Below are positions 1 through 9,791 of a DNA stretch of 64,000 nt, piece by piece; positions within the stretch are counted from its first letter, which is position 1; each line of letters opens with the position of its first letter. Location of the stretch: assembly GCA_016932965.1 (NCBI GenBank), contig JAFGBW010000103.1:2615-66614 (forward strand). Direction: 5' to 3'. The notes below the pieces were generated by a model. The model made no database searches. It saw only the letters and a program-made list of their open reading frames with translations, and was not told the DNA's origin. This DNA is from Candidatus Auribacterota bacterium. Its GTDB lineage: Bacteria > Auribacterota > JAFGBW01. Made by a program: the position numbers and the translations under genes.

Positions 1-255
1 ATTGAGAGACAGAGGCAAGAGATGAAAAAACACAATTGAAGTTGTTCTGAATATTTTATTTTGTAGATGCTTGATGGTTTCGGGAACGGTGAATAGGAAA
101 GCCGTCCTGAACGGAAATAAAAACACTGAAAAGAAATAGAATGAATAGATTTATTGAACTCTTATTTTTCATGATATAAACCAGGCTGTTTACCGGAAAG
201 GATTTTTCTTTTCTTATTATACAACATAATAGATAAAATGCGAGGCTTTTAAAAA

Positions 256-1305
256 ATGAAACTCAATCTCTCCGTTTCAAATTTACAACAAATACTGAAA
301 ACAGAATCTCCTTACCGCATCAAACAGGCATGGCATGCTTTTTTTTCTCCGCATTTTAAGGGCTGGGATAGTGTTCTTCCTTTTCCAAAAACCCTCCGTT
401 TGTCCCTGGAAGAAAAATTGAACTCCTCTTCTGTTTCTGAATCTTTTCTTATTAAATCAAAAGACGATACGTCTGTTTGTAAAGCGTTCCTTACCCTGTA
501 TGACCGGCAGAAAATCGAAACCGTTTTGATGATCAATCCAAAAAAACAGTGGACAGTCTGCATTTCAACGCAGGTCGGCTGTCCGATCAACTGCGTGTTC
601 TGCGCCACAGGGAAAATGGGATTTTTCCGGAATCTTGACGCTGTGGAAATGATTGAACAGGTGTGTTTCTGGAAAAAATTTTTGTCATCTCAGTCACAAG
701 ACCAAATTCCTCAAAGAATTTCCAATATAGTACTGATGGGGATGGGCGAACCCTTGCTCAATTATGACCATGTGAAAGAAGCTGTGAGACTCATGGCTGA
801 ATATGCTCTCATTGGCCCCAACCAAATGACTCTCTCTACGGTAGGACTTTTCCCCCAGCTGGATGCACTTCTTATAGATCCGGGCTGGCCGAAGGTCAAA
901 ATAGCCATTTCCCTGCATTCCGCTGACAATGACATCCGAAAAAAGCTGGTACCGTCCCATCATGAGGATTTCTTCGGACATTTAAAAAAATGGGCGTTTC
1001 AATATGAGAAAATGATCGGCTCCAGAACAAGACCTCTCACGTTTGAACTGGTCATGCTCCAGGGTGTGAACGATTCCATCCAGGAAGCTGAAAAACTCAT
1101 TGCTTTCTTGAAAGGGCTCCACAGGATTAAAGTCAATCTCATTCCCTGGAATACAGCCCAATCTGTTTCAGAACCATTTAAGCCTTCCCCGTATCCCAGC
1201 ATCGTGAAATTCCAGGAGGAATTAAACCATAAAGGAATTGTCGCAACCATCCGAAAAAGTCTTGGACAGGATATCAACGCCGCTTGCGGCCAGCTAGCCG
1301 GTTAA
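256..1305 (+). CDS. rlmN: 23S rRNA/tRNA adenine-C2 methyltransferase RlmN (radical SAM)
   Basis: 349 aa; radical-SAM Cys triad in GCPINCVFCATG, the typical RlmN/Cfr signature; further Cys near the C-terminus (CGQ); family-typical length. Confidence 0.85.
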   Translation: MKLNLSVSNLQQILKTESPYRIKQAWHAFFSPHFKGWDSVLPFPKTLRLSLEEKLNSSSVSESFLIKSKDDTSVCKAFLTLYDRQKIETVLMINPKKQWTVCISTQVGCPINCVFCATGKMGFFRNLDAVEMIEQVCFWKKFLSSQSQDQIPQRISNIVLMGMGEPLLNYDHVKEAVRLMAEYALIGPNQMTLSTVGLFPQLDALLIDPGWPKVKIAISLHSADNDIRKKLVPSHHEDFFGHLKKWAFQYEKMIGSRTRPLTFELVMLQGVNDSIQEAEKLIAFLKGLHRIKVNLIPWNTAQSVSEPFKPSPYPSIVKFQEELNHKGIVATIRKSLGQDINAACGQLAG

Positions 1306-1343
1306 TCTCATAACTCCCATCCAGAATCCGGGAGATCAGACCA

Positions 1344-2879
1344 TTAAAAATATAAATCCCTGTCGCCTTTTTTAATGAGGTCGTAGTAGGAATCCAGTTT
1401 TCTACAGATGGCTTTGGAATAAACGGAAGGACAACGATTTTTTATTTCTTCCATTTCTTTTTGAATCACGGTTTCGCCGGCTTTTTTAGTTTCTTCGGAG
1501 GCAAAATCATCCAGCCATTCCCGGAAGGTCAACACCGCGTTTAACTTGCAGAATTGGCCTTCTCTCCCGCTCCTCAACAGGTCCATGATACGCTTTCCAG
1601 TCCTTCCGCATCGATACCCTGCAGTGCAGAAAGAGGTGATGTATCCCATCTGCGCCAGCTCCCTGATCACTTCATCCAGGGACCGGGTGTCCCCGAGAAT
1701 GAATTGCTGACGATGGGCCTCCTGCTTTTCATAAGGATCGCTGTAAGCACCGACTCCGATACGGGAGGAAGCATCTCGTTGTGTACACATGGGAATCATT
1801 TCCCTTATTATTTCCGGAGTCTCTCTGGCAGTGATGATCATTCCGGCATAGGGAATAGAAAGACGAATAACGGTCAATATTTTTTTATAATCTTCATCTG
1901 AAACACGGTAAGGTGTTTTGTCTATAAAGGGGGTATTGATGGCAGCTTCAAGCCTGGGAAAGGAAACCGTATGAGGGCCGACACCCATTTTTTGTTCAAG
2001 ATCACGGGCATGATACAAAAGTCCCATCAATTCGAAACGCCAGTCATAAAGGCCGAACAATACACCGGTGGCCACATCATCAACCCCTGCTTCCTGGGCC
2101 CGGTGCAGAGAATAGAGCCTCCATGCGTAGTTTCCTTTTACCGTATTAACAGGATGGAGTTTTCGGTACGTTTCATGGTGATACGTTTCCTGAAAAACCT
2201 GGTACGTTCCCAAGCCGGACCCGTTCAGCCGGACGAGATCATCGATACTCAATGGAGCCGCATTGACGTTCACCCTCCTTATGTTGCCTGTGCCTTTATA
2301 GGTTTTGACTTTTACATCATAAATAGTCCTGATGGTTTCTATCATGTAATCAAGACCGGTCTTTGGATGCTCTCCATAGACCACAATCAGGCGTTTATGG
2401 CCGATTTCTCCGGCCAGGACTTCGGTCTCTCTTCTCACTTCAGCTTGAGTCAGCATCCTCCTTTGCACGGCCTTGTTTTCTGATCTGAATCCGCAGTAAA
2501 GACAATTGTTGATGCAAAGGTTACTGCAATAAAGCGGGGCAAAAGTCACCACCCGGTTATCATAAACCCGTTTTTTCACCTCAATGGCTGCCCCCCGCAT
2601 TTCCTGCCATAAATCTTTATCCTTCACATTCAGCAATGCGGCTGTTTCATCAGGATTCAGGGTTTGGATTGTCAATGACTTCTGAATGATATCCCTGATC
2701 CGCACAGGATCCGGATTTTTCTGTTTATGAATTTTTTCCCAGATCAGATCATCCTGAATGAAATCCCTTCCATGGTCCATATAACGGTGGATCTGATCAG
2801 AGCGGATGATTGCAGAAGCCCTCACGCTGTGTCTGGTAACATGGGGGGCTGACATTTTTTTTTTCATATCTGTATTCAT
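1344..2879 (-). CDS. hydG: [FeFe]-hydrogenase H-cluster maturase HydG (radical SAM tyrosine lyase, ThiH/HydG family)
   Basis: 511 aa; N-terminal CX3CX2C motif (CINNCLYCGF); C-terminal extra Cys cluster (CTAGYRCGRTG...C), as in HydG rather than the shorter ThiH; directly adjacent to a TM1266-type small regulator, as in Thermotoga. Confidence 0.8.
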   Translation of the reverse strand: MNTDMKKKMSAPHVTRHSVRASAIIRSDQIHRYMDHGRDFIQDDLIWEKIHKQKNPDPVRIRDIIQKSLTIQTLNPDETAALLNVKDKDLWQEMRGAAIEVKKRVYDNRVVTFAPLYCSNLCINNCLYCGFRSENKAVQRRMLTQAEVRRETEVLAGEIGHKRLIVVYGEHPKTGLDYMIETIRTIYDVKVKTYKGTGNIRRVNVNAAPLSIDDLVRLNGSGLGTYQVFQETYHHETYRKLHPVNTVKGNYAWRLYSLHRAQEAGVDDVATGVLFGLYDWRFELMGLLYHARDLEQKMGVGPHTVSFPRLEAAINTPFIDKTPYRVSDEDYKKILTVIRLSIPYAGMIITARETPEIIREMIPMCTQRDASSRIGVGAYSDPYEKQEAHRQQFILGDTRSLDEVIRELAQMGYITSFCTAGYRCGRTGKRIMDLLRSGREGQFCKLNAVLTFREWLDDFASEETKKAGETVIQKEMEEIKNRCPSVYSKAICRKLDSYYDLIKKGDRDLYF

Positions 2880-2904
2880 ATCATGATCCGTAAAGCTTGA
2901 CGCC

Positions 2905-3174
2905 TTATTGAGAACAACAACCTTTTGTTTTATTGACCAAAGTTGACTTCACGAGCACTTCAGGGATGGATCCCAGTTTGCCAGTCATGGCTCCGATTTC
3001 ATCAGTGGTCCCGTCCACAATGATGCTAATGATGTGGGTATTGCGCTGATGATAAGGAATACCCATTCTGCCGATGATCATTTCTCCGTATTGTGATAAA
3101 ACCTCATTCACTTTGCGTGAAGCGCTCATTCTATCCTTGATGATGACAGCCACGACTCCGACCTGCTTTTCCAT
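2905..3174 (-). CDS. putative iron-only hydrogenase system regulator (TM1266-like, NikR-C/ACT-like fold)
   Basis: 89 aa; resembles the small conserved protein found beside hydG (TIGR03959-type); synteny with hydG supports the call. Confidence 0.6.
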   Translation of the reverse strand: MEKQVGVVAVIIKDRMSASRKVNEVLSQYGEMIIGRMGIPYHQRNTHIISIIVDGTTDEIGAMTGKLGSIPEVLVKSTLVNKTKGCCSQ

Positions 3175-3456
3175 ATTTTCTCCTTATTCAAGTTTATGCC
3201 CCCTGAAATAAAAAACCCGGCTGAAACAGGCCGGGTAATGCTGCTATTACCCCTCAGTTTCAGTCCAAACCTTAACCTCAGGTCGCTATTTTCGGCAAAT
3301 TATATCAAGACTCATGGAAAGATACAGCTTAATTTTTTACAGCAAATAGTCTCAGCGTGTGACAATCCAGACTGAATCCATTTGTCTTAATAATAGTTTG
3401 TTATTTTCTGATTCGGAAAAAGTAGAATATTTTTTCGATATCTTGTATTTAGCATC

Positions 3457-4935
3457 ATGATGTCCGGACAAGATGGAATTGTATCAAAAGGATCTTTAAT
3501 AGAAGCAATGAACCGTTTGAAGTCATTATCCTTTCCTTTCATCATTGGCATTTTATTGGGTATCAATGCCTTGTCTGCTTTTTATTACAGCATGTATTGT
3601 GAACCGCTTACAATGACCATGGATGAGCCGCAATATGCGGAGCTGGCTTTTTCACTTTGTCAAAGAGGGTCCTACTCCACCTTAACAGAAAATACTTACT
3701 TTGAATCCGGGAAACCAACCGCCTTCAGACCCCCGCTTTATCCTCTTTTTCTGGCTGGAATCATTCAATTATTCGGAAAAGAAAATTTCATCATCAAAGT
3801 GCGTCTGGTTCAGGCCGTACTCAATCTGGGGATACTTCTGGCCATATTTTATTTCTCCTTTCTCTTATTTTCCAGCCGCGGTATTTCTTTGATTGCCATG
3901 ACCCTGGCCAGTGGTTTCATGCCCTTTATTTACATGAGTTCCCATATCATGACGGAAACATTGAGCTGTCTCCTTGTTCTGGCCACATTCATTTCATCGC
4001 TCTTGGTTCGTATGGCTTCCAGAGTGAATCAATTCTATTGGCGATCATTTTTCATGGGAATGCTTCTGGGACTATCGGTTTTATGCCGCCCCAATAACAT
4101 TGTGCTTCTTTTGTGTACACCTTGTATTTTTTTTAGCCTCATTTTTTCAGCTAGACAAATTTTCACGGCCTTTTTCCTGAGCTTGCTGATTTTTTTATCG
4201 ATACTGGGACCCTGGGCCATGAGGAATTATCTCGTGCTGGGCTCTCCTGTTTTTTTAACGACTAGCGGAGGCATCAATCTTTATTACGGGAATAATCCTC
4301 ATCCGGACAGCACCAAGGGAAATCTGGTTCCGCTTCCGGAATTGCCGGCAGATATCGCGAAGGATGAAGTCAAGAAGGACCATTACTTGACACAAGCGGC
4401 CTTTCAATTTATCAGAAGTAATCCCCAGACATTTTTGAAAAGAATTCCGCTTAAACTGAAATCCGTATTTTCGCCTCATTTGGGATCCGAATACAACAGC
4501 TATAGCGGCAGATTTTTTATCGTATTTTTCCTTCTGGCCTGTTTGTTTCATTCTTACAAAAGAAGAATCGTCCTTTTTTTCACCTTTTTGTTCTGGATTC
4601 CTTTATTTTCAAGGCATTTTTACAGCATTCCCTCTTTTGTCATTTTTTCATTCCATCAGGTCATGTTCGGATTCCCTCAATTGACCGTATTTATCTTTGT
4701 CGGTTCTCTTCTGCTTGTCATGAATAAAAAAGCCGACGCTCTCAGTCATCTTCCATTTTTATGTTATGTTCTCCTGACAATCCTGTTGAACATATTATTC
4801 CTTCCCAAGATGCGGTTGAGATTTGTTTTGGATCCTTATTTCATCATTCTTTCAGCCTATGCCATGCATTGGATATGGTCCCATACCCGAGAATGCGCTG
4901 CTTTCCTGAATCTCCGGCTTAACTTGAAGAAATGA
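3457..4935 (+). CDS. GT-C fold membrane glycosyltransferase (family 39/83, ArnT/PMT-like)
   Basis: 492 aa with more than 10 predicted TM helices; PPLYPLFLAGIIQLFG motif typical of ArnT/PMT family loop 1; no soluble domain. Confidence 0.6.
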   Translation: MMSGQDGIVSKGSLIEAMNRLKSLSFPFIIGILLGINALSAFYYSMYCEPLTMTMDEPQYAELAFSLCQRGSYSTLTENTYFESGKPTAFRPPLYPLFLAGIIQLFGKENFIIKVRLVQAVLNLGILLAIFYFSFLLFSSRGISLIAMTLASGFMPFIYMSSHIMTETLSCLLVLATFISSLLVRMASRVNQFYWRSFFMGMLLGLSVLCRPNNIVLLLCTPCIFFSLIFSARQIFTAFFLSLLIFLSILGPWAMRNYLVLGSPVFLTTSGGINLYYGNNPHPDSTKGNLVPLPELPADIAKDEVKKDHYLTQAAFQFIRSNPQTFLKRIPLKLKSVFSPHLGSEYNSYSGRFFIVFFLLACLFHSYKRRIVLFFTFLFWIPLFSRHFYSIPSFVIFSFHQVMFGFPQLTVFIFVGSLLLVMNKKADALSHLPFLCYVLLTILLNILFLPKMRLRFVLDPYFIILSAYAMHWIWSHTRECAAFLNLRLNLKK

Positions 4936-4958
4936 CGAGAATGATCAATTCAGATGGA

Positions 4959-6278
4959 TTATTTGAACCATCTTTTCAGGATTTTCCCCTCTGAAGGGTG
5001 ATAGGATGTTTTCACATCATCGATTTCCTGTCCCAGTAAGACATCAATCGATGATGATTTTTTCATTGAAAGGATTTGTGAAGGAAAGACACTTCTGTGA
5101 CCTGTGATCAAAAAGCTGATGACAGCCGCAATAGATGCGTAGGGCGCTATGGTCGGGCCGAAAAGTTCAATCGCCATGATGCTGGCTGCTATGGGTGCAT
5201 TGGCGCAACCGGCTAAAACGCTCACCATCCCTATGGCTGCTGCTGTGGCAGGATTCATATGAAGCCAGGGAGCAAAAGCGCTTCCGGCCGTGCTTCCGAT
5301 GAAAAAAATCGGGGTCACGATTCCGCCGCTTCCTCCAAAATTCAATGTCAAAGCAGTAAAGATGATTTTTAGAGGAAAATCCCAAAAATCAGCCCTTTTT
5401 CCCCTGAGACACTGTTCAATAGGAGTCAGTCCCAGACCGAGGTACTTGGAAGAAAATATCAAGGCTAAAATGACCAAAACCACACCGGCCAGCATATTCT
5501 TATAATAAGAATTGATTTTAAAGCGTTCAGATAATTTTTCACCAAATTTCAATGATTCAATAAGACAGAAAGAGCATAATCCGAAAAATAAACCGGCAAT
5601 GATTATTTTAAAAAGATAATTCTCCGTAAAAGGAGGCAATTGCTTTAAAGGATTATAAAAATAAGTGACGCCCAATTTGGAAGCGACCTGGTGGGCCGTG
5701 ATCCCGGCAATAAAAGATGGAAGGAGCACGTCGTAAAGAAGAGTCCCCACAAAAAGGACCTCCACACCGAAGAGGGACCCTGCAATCGGGGTCCCGAAAA
5801 CAGCAGCGAAGCCGGCGCTTATTCCGCAGATAACGAGTTTTTTTCTGTCTTGTCTGTTCAGTTTCAATAAAGAGGCAAACGAAGAAGCTAAAGCAGCGCC
5901 GATCTGCGCACAGGGGCCTTCTTTTCCTGCACTTCCGCCGAAAATCAGGGTCAGAATTGTTGCGATTAGTTTTATCGGAGCTACCAGTGGGGCAATATAT
6001 CCGGATTGTTTATGAAGCGCCTCGATGACTTTCTCGGTTCCATGCCCCTTGGCATTGGGTGCAAATTTCTGAACAAACCAGGTTGATGCCAGGAGAGCCA
6101 CCGGAATCAAAAGATAATAATATGTCCATCCCTCATGGATATAAAGCGTAAATTCATTGAGAGTGATAATAAACAGGGCCGTGGATAAACCAACCAGTGA
6201 GCCAACTATCAGAGACAGGATCACCCATTTCACGATGCTGATAAAAAGTATAGTTTCTTCTTCCAGTTTTTGTTTCAC
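4959..6278 (-). CDS. ClC family voltage-gated chloride channel / H+-Cl- antiporter
   Basis: 439 aa polytopic protein; GSAGKEGP and GGxGG-type selectivity-filter motifs (GKEGPCAQIG, FGGSGGIVTPIFFIG). Confidence 0.85.
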   Translation of the reverse strand: MKQKLEEETILFISIVKWVILSLIVGSLVGLSTALFIITLNEFTLYIHEGWTYYYLLIPVALLASTWFVQKFAPNAKGHGTEKVIEALHKQSGYIAPLVAPIKLIATILTLIFGGSAGKEGPCAQIGAALASSFASLLKLNRQDRKKLVICGISAGFAAVFGTPIAGSLFGVEVLFVGTLLYDVLLPSFIAGITAHQVASKLGVTYFYNPLKQLPPFTENYLFKIIIAGLFFGLCSFCLIESLKFGEKLSERFKINSYYKNMLAGVVLVILALIFSSKYLGLGLTPIEQCLRGKRADFWDFPLKIIFTALTLNFGGSGGIVTPIFFIGSTAGSAFAPWLHMNPATAAAIGMVSVLAGCANAPIAASIMAIELFGPTIAPYASIAAVISFLITGHRSVFPSQILSMKKSSSIDVLLGQEIDDVKTSYHPSEGKILKRWFK

Positions 6279-6655
6279 TTCACCTGCTTTCCGGATGATT
6301 CAATTAATCTTCATGAGCTGCTTATCTTCCTGTTTCAATTTGCATATGTGCAATCTATTAATAACTAATAACCAGATATTTTGAAAAAATCCACCTTTTT
6401 TATTTTATAATATGTCTCATAGCTGTGTCGGGTTTCATTTTTACTCATTATTTGAATTTCCGGTATATTACGGCACAAATGGGAGATTTCCATTCTTTCT
6501 TGGTGAAGAGGAACTACCGAACATTTCCGATGGCGAGGACCCCATGTCCGAATTTTAATCCGGAATCCCCCATGACAGGAGCCATATCAAAGATCTGATT
6601 CATCCGGTTCGTATGGTCAGACAATATCCCCATTGGAGATGGTTTGCATAATGCT

Positions 6656-9592
6656 TTATTTTATGAGATTCGAATCCAGTGTCACTGCATTGCTGGCCAA
6701 AGGCAGTGAAGAGTCGTTGATTTTTAAGCATCGTTTGTCCCTGGAGTCAGGAAGCCAGATTCCAAAATTAACGATGAGATCGTTCAAATTCCTGACATCC
6801 GGAGGAACAGGGATGATTCGGATGATCCGCTGATTTTCGTGAAGGAGCCATTCCAGCGCAGTTTTGTTGTCTTCATTTCTGTCAAAATCACCTTGAAAGA
6901 GGAGTTTTGAATCCCTGTTAAAGTGAAGGAAAAAAGCAGGGGAGTTCGATAAGGGGCCGGTTCTTTCCAGAAGAAAGCAGGCCTGAATGAAGTCTCCCTG
7001 ACGGGTTTTCTTGTTTTTCAGGAAATATCCCTTGAGGAGGATGGAAGATTCAAAGTCGACCCGGCATGGTTTCAAGATTCGCTGATTATTTTCAGACCAT
7101 TTTGTCAGCCGTGAACGGAGATAGGGATCCTGAATCGAAGAGAAGAACTTATCAAGAATGCTGGAGGTCGGAGATAATTCATATATAAGATGGAGAAGTT
7201 GTTGAAGACGAACACTGGGACGAGTGGTTTGCAGAGCTTGAAGCAGATAGTTCAGATGATCTTCCCGGGGAGATTGAACGGTTAGGCCCATTTGATTCCA
7301 GTAGAAGGAGATGGTTTTCGGCCCTCCGGAGAACTGGTAGAAACAGTCGTGTCCTTCCTGATTTATCCGCTGATAGTGAAATCCATAGATATCGAGGAAT
7401 TGCGACAAATCTCGGCTCATGGAAGGAACCGATAGGATCAAGGAGGATTCCTTTTCAGGAGTGAAATGCCCGTCAACAGGCATGGGGTACCACAGAGCAT
7501 CGTTGAAGGGTTGAACTACGACAGTTTTTTTCAGAAGAGATGATTTGATGAGTTTTGCTGAAAGATGTCTTTCAACAAAGACTTTTTCTATTCCCAGCGT
7601 GTTGATCCATTCGGCCAGGGAAGCGACATTTTCTGTTCCCCGAGGAATCAGTGGCAAGGGTTCAAATAAATAGCATTCTGCCATTGAAAACGGGGAGGAA
7701 GAGACAAATTCAACATAAGAGACTCTTTCAGGAGGGAATTCGAATTCATAGCGGGCCTGGATCCAGTTGAAGTAGATTTTATGTGAAGACGTATAAACGG
7801 GCATGATCCGGTTCTGTTTGATTTTCTTTGTCCATGATATTCCATCATCGGAAACATTGATTTGCAGGTCATTTTTTTTGTAAGGAAGAAAGTCAGGAGG
7901 AAAGAAAATGATTTTACCTAGTTGCGTACTCTGTGAGAGTTTGACCAGGATATGATAGCGATTCCGGATTTTCTGAGCCATGGCACAGGTGCGATGGTTC
8001 CGGTCAAAGAGGCCGCCATGATAGTGGAAGGAATAAGAATGAGTGTGTGAGACAGAGAGGGGTAGGGTGCGGTAACAGTACCGGGGCTCATAGCGGATAT
8101 GATTGAGGACCGTGATCTGGTCATTACGGACAGGACAATCGTATTGAACCGGGAGAATATCGGATAGATACCGGTCGTATTCGAATCCGGTGGATGTATA
8201 GAGCAGGAAAGGGTTTTCTGCTGCGTCTGCATTCAATTCGATGGTTTTATTTTTCTCCTGAAAAATGGCGGCAGAGGCCAGTTGGATTTTCCCTTTGGAA
8301 AGAAAATCAATTTGAGGGGCTTTCCGGAATTCCGATGTGGGGGTGACGCCTATAGGTTCATTCAGGGTGGATAAAGGAGTCATGAATTTATCATCTATCA
8401 GATCCGATATCCGCTTGGACTTTTCCAGAATATACCGGCTGCCGGAATAGCCGTGTTCAATTCTGAGAAGGAGAAAAATAACTAAAAGGGTCAGCGCCGT
8501 TTTTTTCCATTTTTCCATGAGCCAGATAAAAGAGGCCGCCATCATGATGGAAATAGGGAAGTAGATGGATAAAACGAACCGCGGAGAAGTCATTCTTCTA
8601 AAACGGTAACAGATAAAAATGACGATGGTGACTGTCACCATGAGAGGGAGTATGAGGGAAAGAAAACGGTTTTCTTTTGCAGGTGAAAAATGAAATTTTT
8701 TGATCACAGGAATGAAATACAGGACCAGCAATAACACTGTGAGCACGAAAATGGTTCCATAGAAGTATAAACGGTAGGGGGGAGGATTCAGCATCGGCTC
8801 TTTGTAGAGGAGTCCCGGCAGGATGTGGTGGAACATGTTCCAAATCCCCGTCTGAAAAGGAGTGTCCGGCTGATCGTGCAGGAGTTGTACTGTGATAAAC
8901 CGGTAATGGATATTCGCAATCCACCAGGGAAGACTGCCGAGCAGAAATGAAGGCAGCGCCCACATATTTTTTTTTGCAAAGAAAAGTGATGGACGGTAGA
9001 ACAGGATGAATAACAGGGAAGTCGCCACTGAAAAGATAATCAGACTGTGGTTCCACCAGCCCAATCCAGCAATGAGCCCCCACAGGAGAATGTCCCCGGT
9101 CCGGTTTTTTTTCAGTATTCGTACGGTGATCCACAATAACAGAACGGAAAACAGCGAGGTTACGGCATAAACGACTCTGGGATAATAGCTGTACACCAGC
9201 GGTTCAAACGAGGGAAACAGGAGGAACAGAAGAGAAAGTCCTGCCACCTTTTCGTTAAAGAGTTCTTTGGCTAACAAATAGGTGGCTCCCATGGTAAAAA
9301 GATACAGAACAACAATGGAGGCATGAAGGGAGGCCTTGGTTTCCCCGAAAAGGAGAATGAAAAACACGGAAAAGAAGGTTTCAAGCGTCCCGCTGTAACC
9401 ATGTCCGTAGAAAAAAGGTTCAAAACGGGCCTGTTTCAGCATGTTTCTGGCCATGACTCCCACCATGCCGGAATCGTACGTGAGATTGCACGGATAGAGG
9501 AGGATGAAAGGCAGTCTGGAGACCAGGGTGACAAGGGCCACGAAGAGAAGATACATTCTGCTGGATAAAAAATTCATTCGGTTTGGCCCCAT
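6656..9592 (-). CDS. large GT-C-like membrane glycosyltransferase paralog with roughly 550-aa C-terminal extracytoplasmic domain
   Basis: 978 aa; N-terminal roughly 420 aa polytopic with YGHGYSGTLETF loop resembling PMT/ArnT-type GT-C; long soluble C-terminal region of unknown fold. Confidence 0.45.
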   Translation of the reverse strand: MGPNRMNFLSSRMYLLFVALVTLVSRLPFILLYPCNLTYDSGMVGVMARNMLKQARFEPFFYGHGYSGTLETFFSVFFILLFGETKASLHASIVVLYLFTMGATYLLAKELFNEKVAGLSLLFLLFPSFEPLVYSYYPRVVYAVTSLFSVLLLWITVRILKKNRTGDILLWGLIAGLGWWNHSLIIFSVATSLLFILFYRPSLFFAKKNMWALPSFLLGSLPWWIANIHYRFITVQLLHDQPDTPFQTGIWNMFHHILPGLLYKEPMLNPPPYRLYFYGTIFVLTVLLLVLYFIPVIKKFHFSPAKENRFLSLILPLMVTVTIVIFICYRFRRMTSPRFVLSIYFPISIMMAASFIWLMEKWKKTALTLLVIFLLLRIEHGYSGSRYILEKSKRISDLIDDKFMTPLSTLNEPIGVTPTSEFRKAPQIDFLSKGKIQLASAAIFQEKNKTIELNADAAENPFLLYTSTGFEYDRYLSDILPVQYDCPVRNDQITVLNHIRYEPRYCYRTLPLSVSHTHSYSFHYHGGLFDRNHRTCAMAQKIRNRYHILVKLSQSTQLGKIIFFPPDFLPYKKNDLQINVSDDGISWTKKIKQNRIMPVYTSSHKIYFNWIQARYEFEFPPERVSYVEFVSSSPFSMAECYLFEPLPLIPRGTENVASLAEWINTLGIEKVFVERHLSAKLIKSSLLKKTVVVQPFNDALWYPMPVDGHFTPEKESSLILSVPSMSRDLSQFLDIYGFHYQRINQEGHDCFYQFSGGPKTISFYWNQMGLTVQSPREDHLNYLLQALQTTRPSVRLQQLLHLIYELSPTSSILDKFFSSIQDPYLRSRLTKWSENNQRILKPCRVDFESSILLKGYFLKNKKTRQGDFIQACFLLERTGPLSNSPAFFLHFNRDSKLLFQGDFDRNEDNKTALEWLLHENQRIIRIIPVPPDVRNLNDLIVNFGIWLPDSRDKRCLKINDSSLPLASNAVTLDSNLIK

Positions 9593-9791
9593 GAGTATTT
9601 TGTTGAAAATCGGTTATATATCGCAGGTGATTTTATATCAGTTTTATCATTGAAATGCATAGAATACATAAAAAAAGGTAATTGGGAATCCGGATTTTTC
9701 AGCAAACGGAGGGTGAATCTTCTTGCCATATCTCAATCGCAGTGCTTCAATTTACACCGTTATCATTCTATGAGATGAGGTATTTTCAGGA

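Noticed and set aside
1-255. Possible partial gene entering from the left edge
   Set aside because: All three + frames hit stops within 40 nt and the minus-strand frames are open for 50 codons or fewer, with AT-rich promoter-like composition; the region is treated as the intergenic leader of rlmN.
1554-2483. Long antisense ORFs inside hydG (1554..1901 +, 1971..2483 +) and similar antisense ORFs inside other large genes (for example 7648..9134 -, 19769..20571 -, 38392..39166 -, 56319..56873 +)
   Set aside because: They overlap well-supported CDSs on the opposite strand or an alternate frame, lack motifs, and are typical shadow ORFs.
3205-3240. Hairpin AAAAAACCCGGCTGAAACAGGCCGGG as a terminator
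   Set aside because: It lies upstream of the minus-strand TM1266-like/hydG start and upstream of the + GT39 gene, so it terminates no annotated transcript; it may be a leader structure, but that cannot be supported.
6279-6420. Possible fluoride riboswitch (crcB motif) upstream of the ClC gene
   Set aside because: The reverse-complemented leader lacks the conserved GGCGATGG...AAACNGC...TAATGATTCCTAC elements; the ClC is therefore called a generic chloride channel, not specifically CLC-F.
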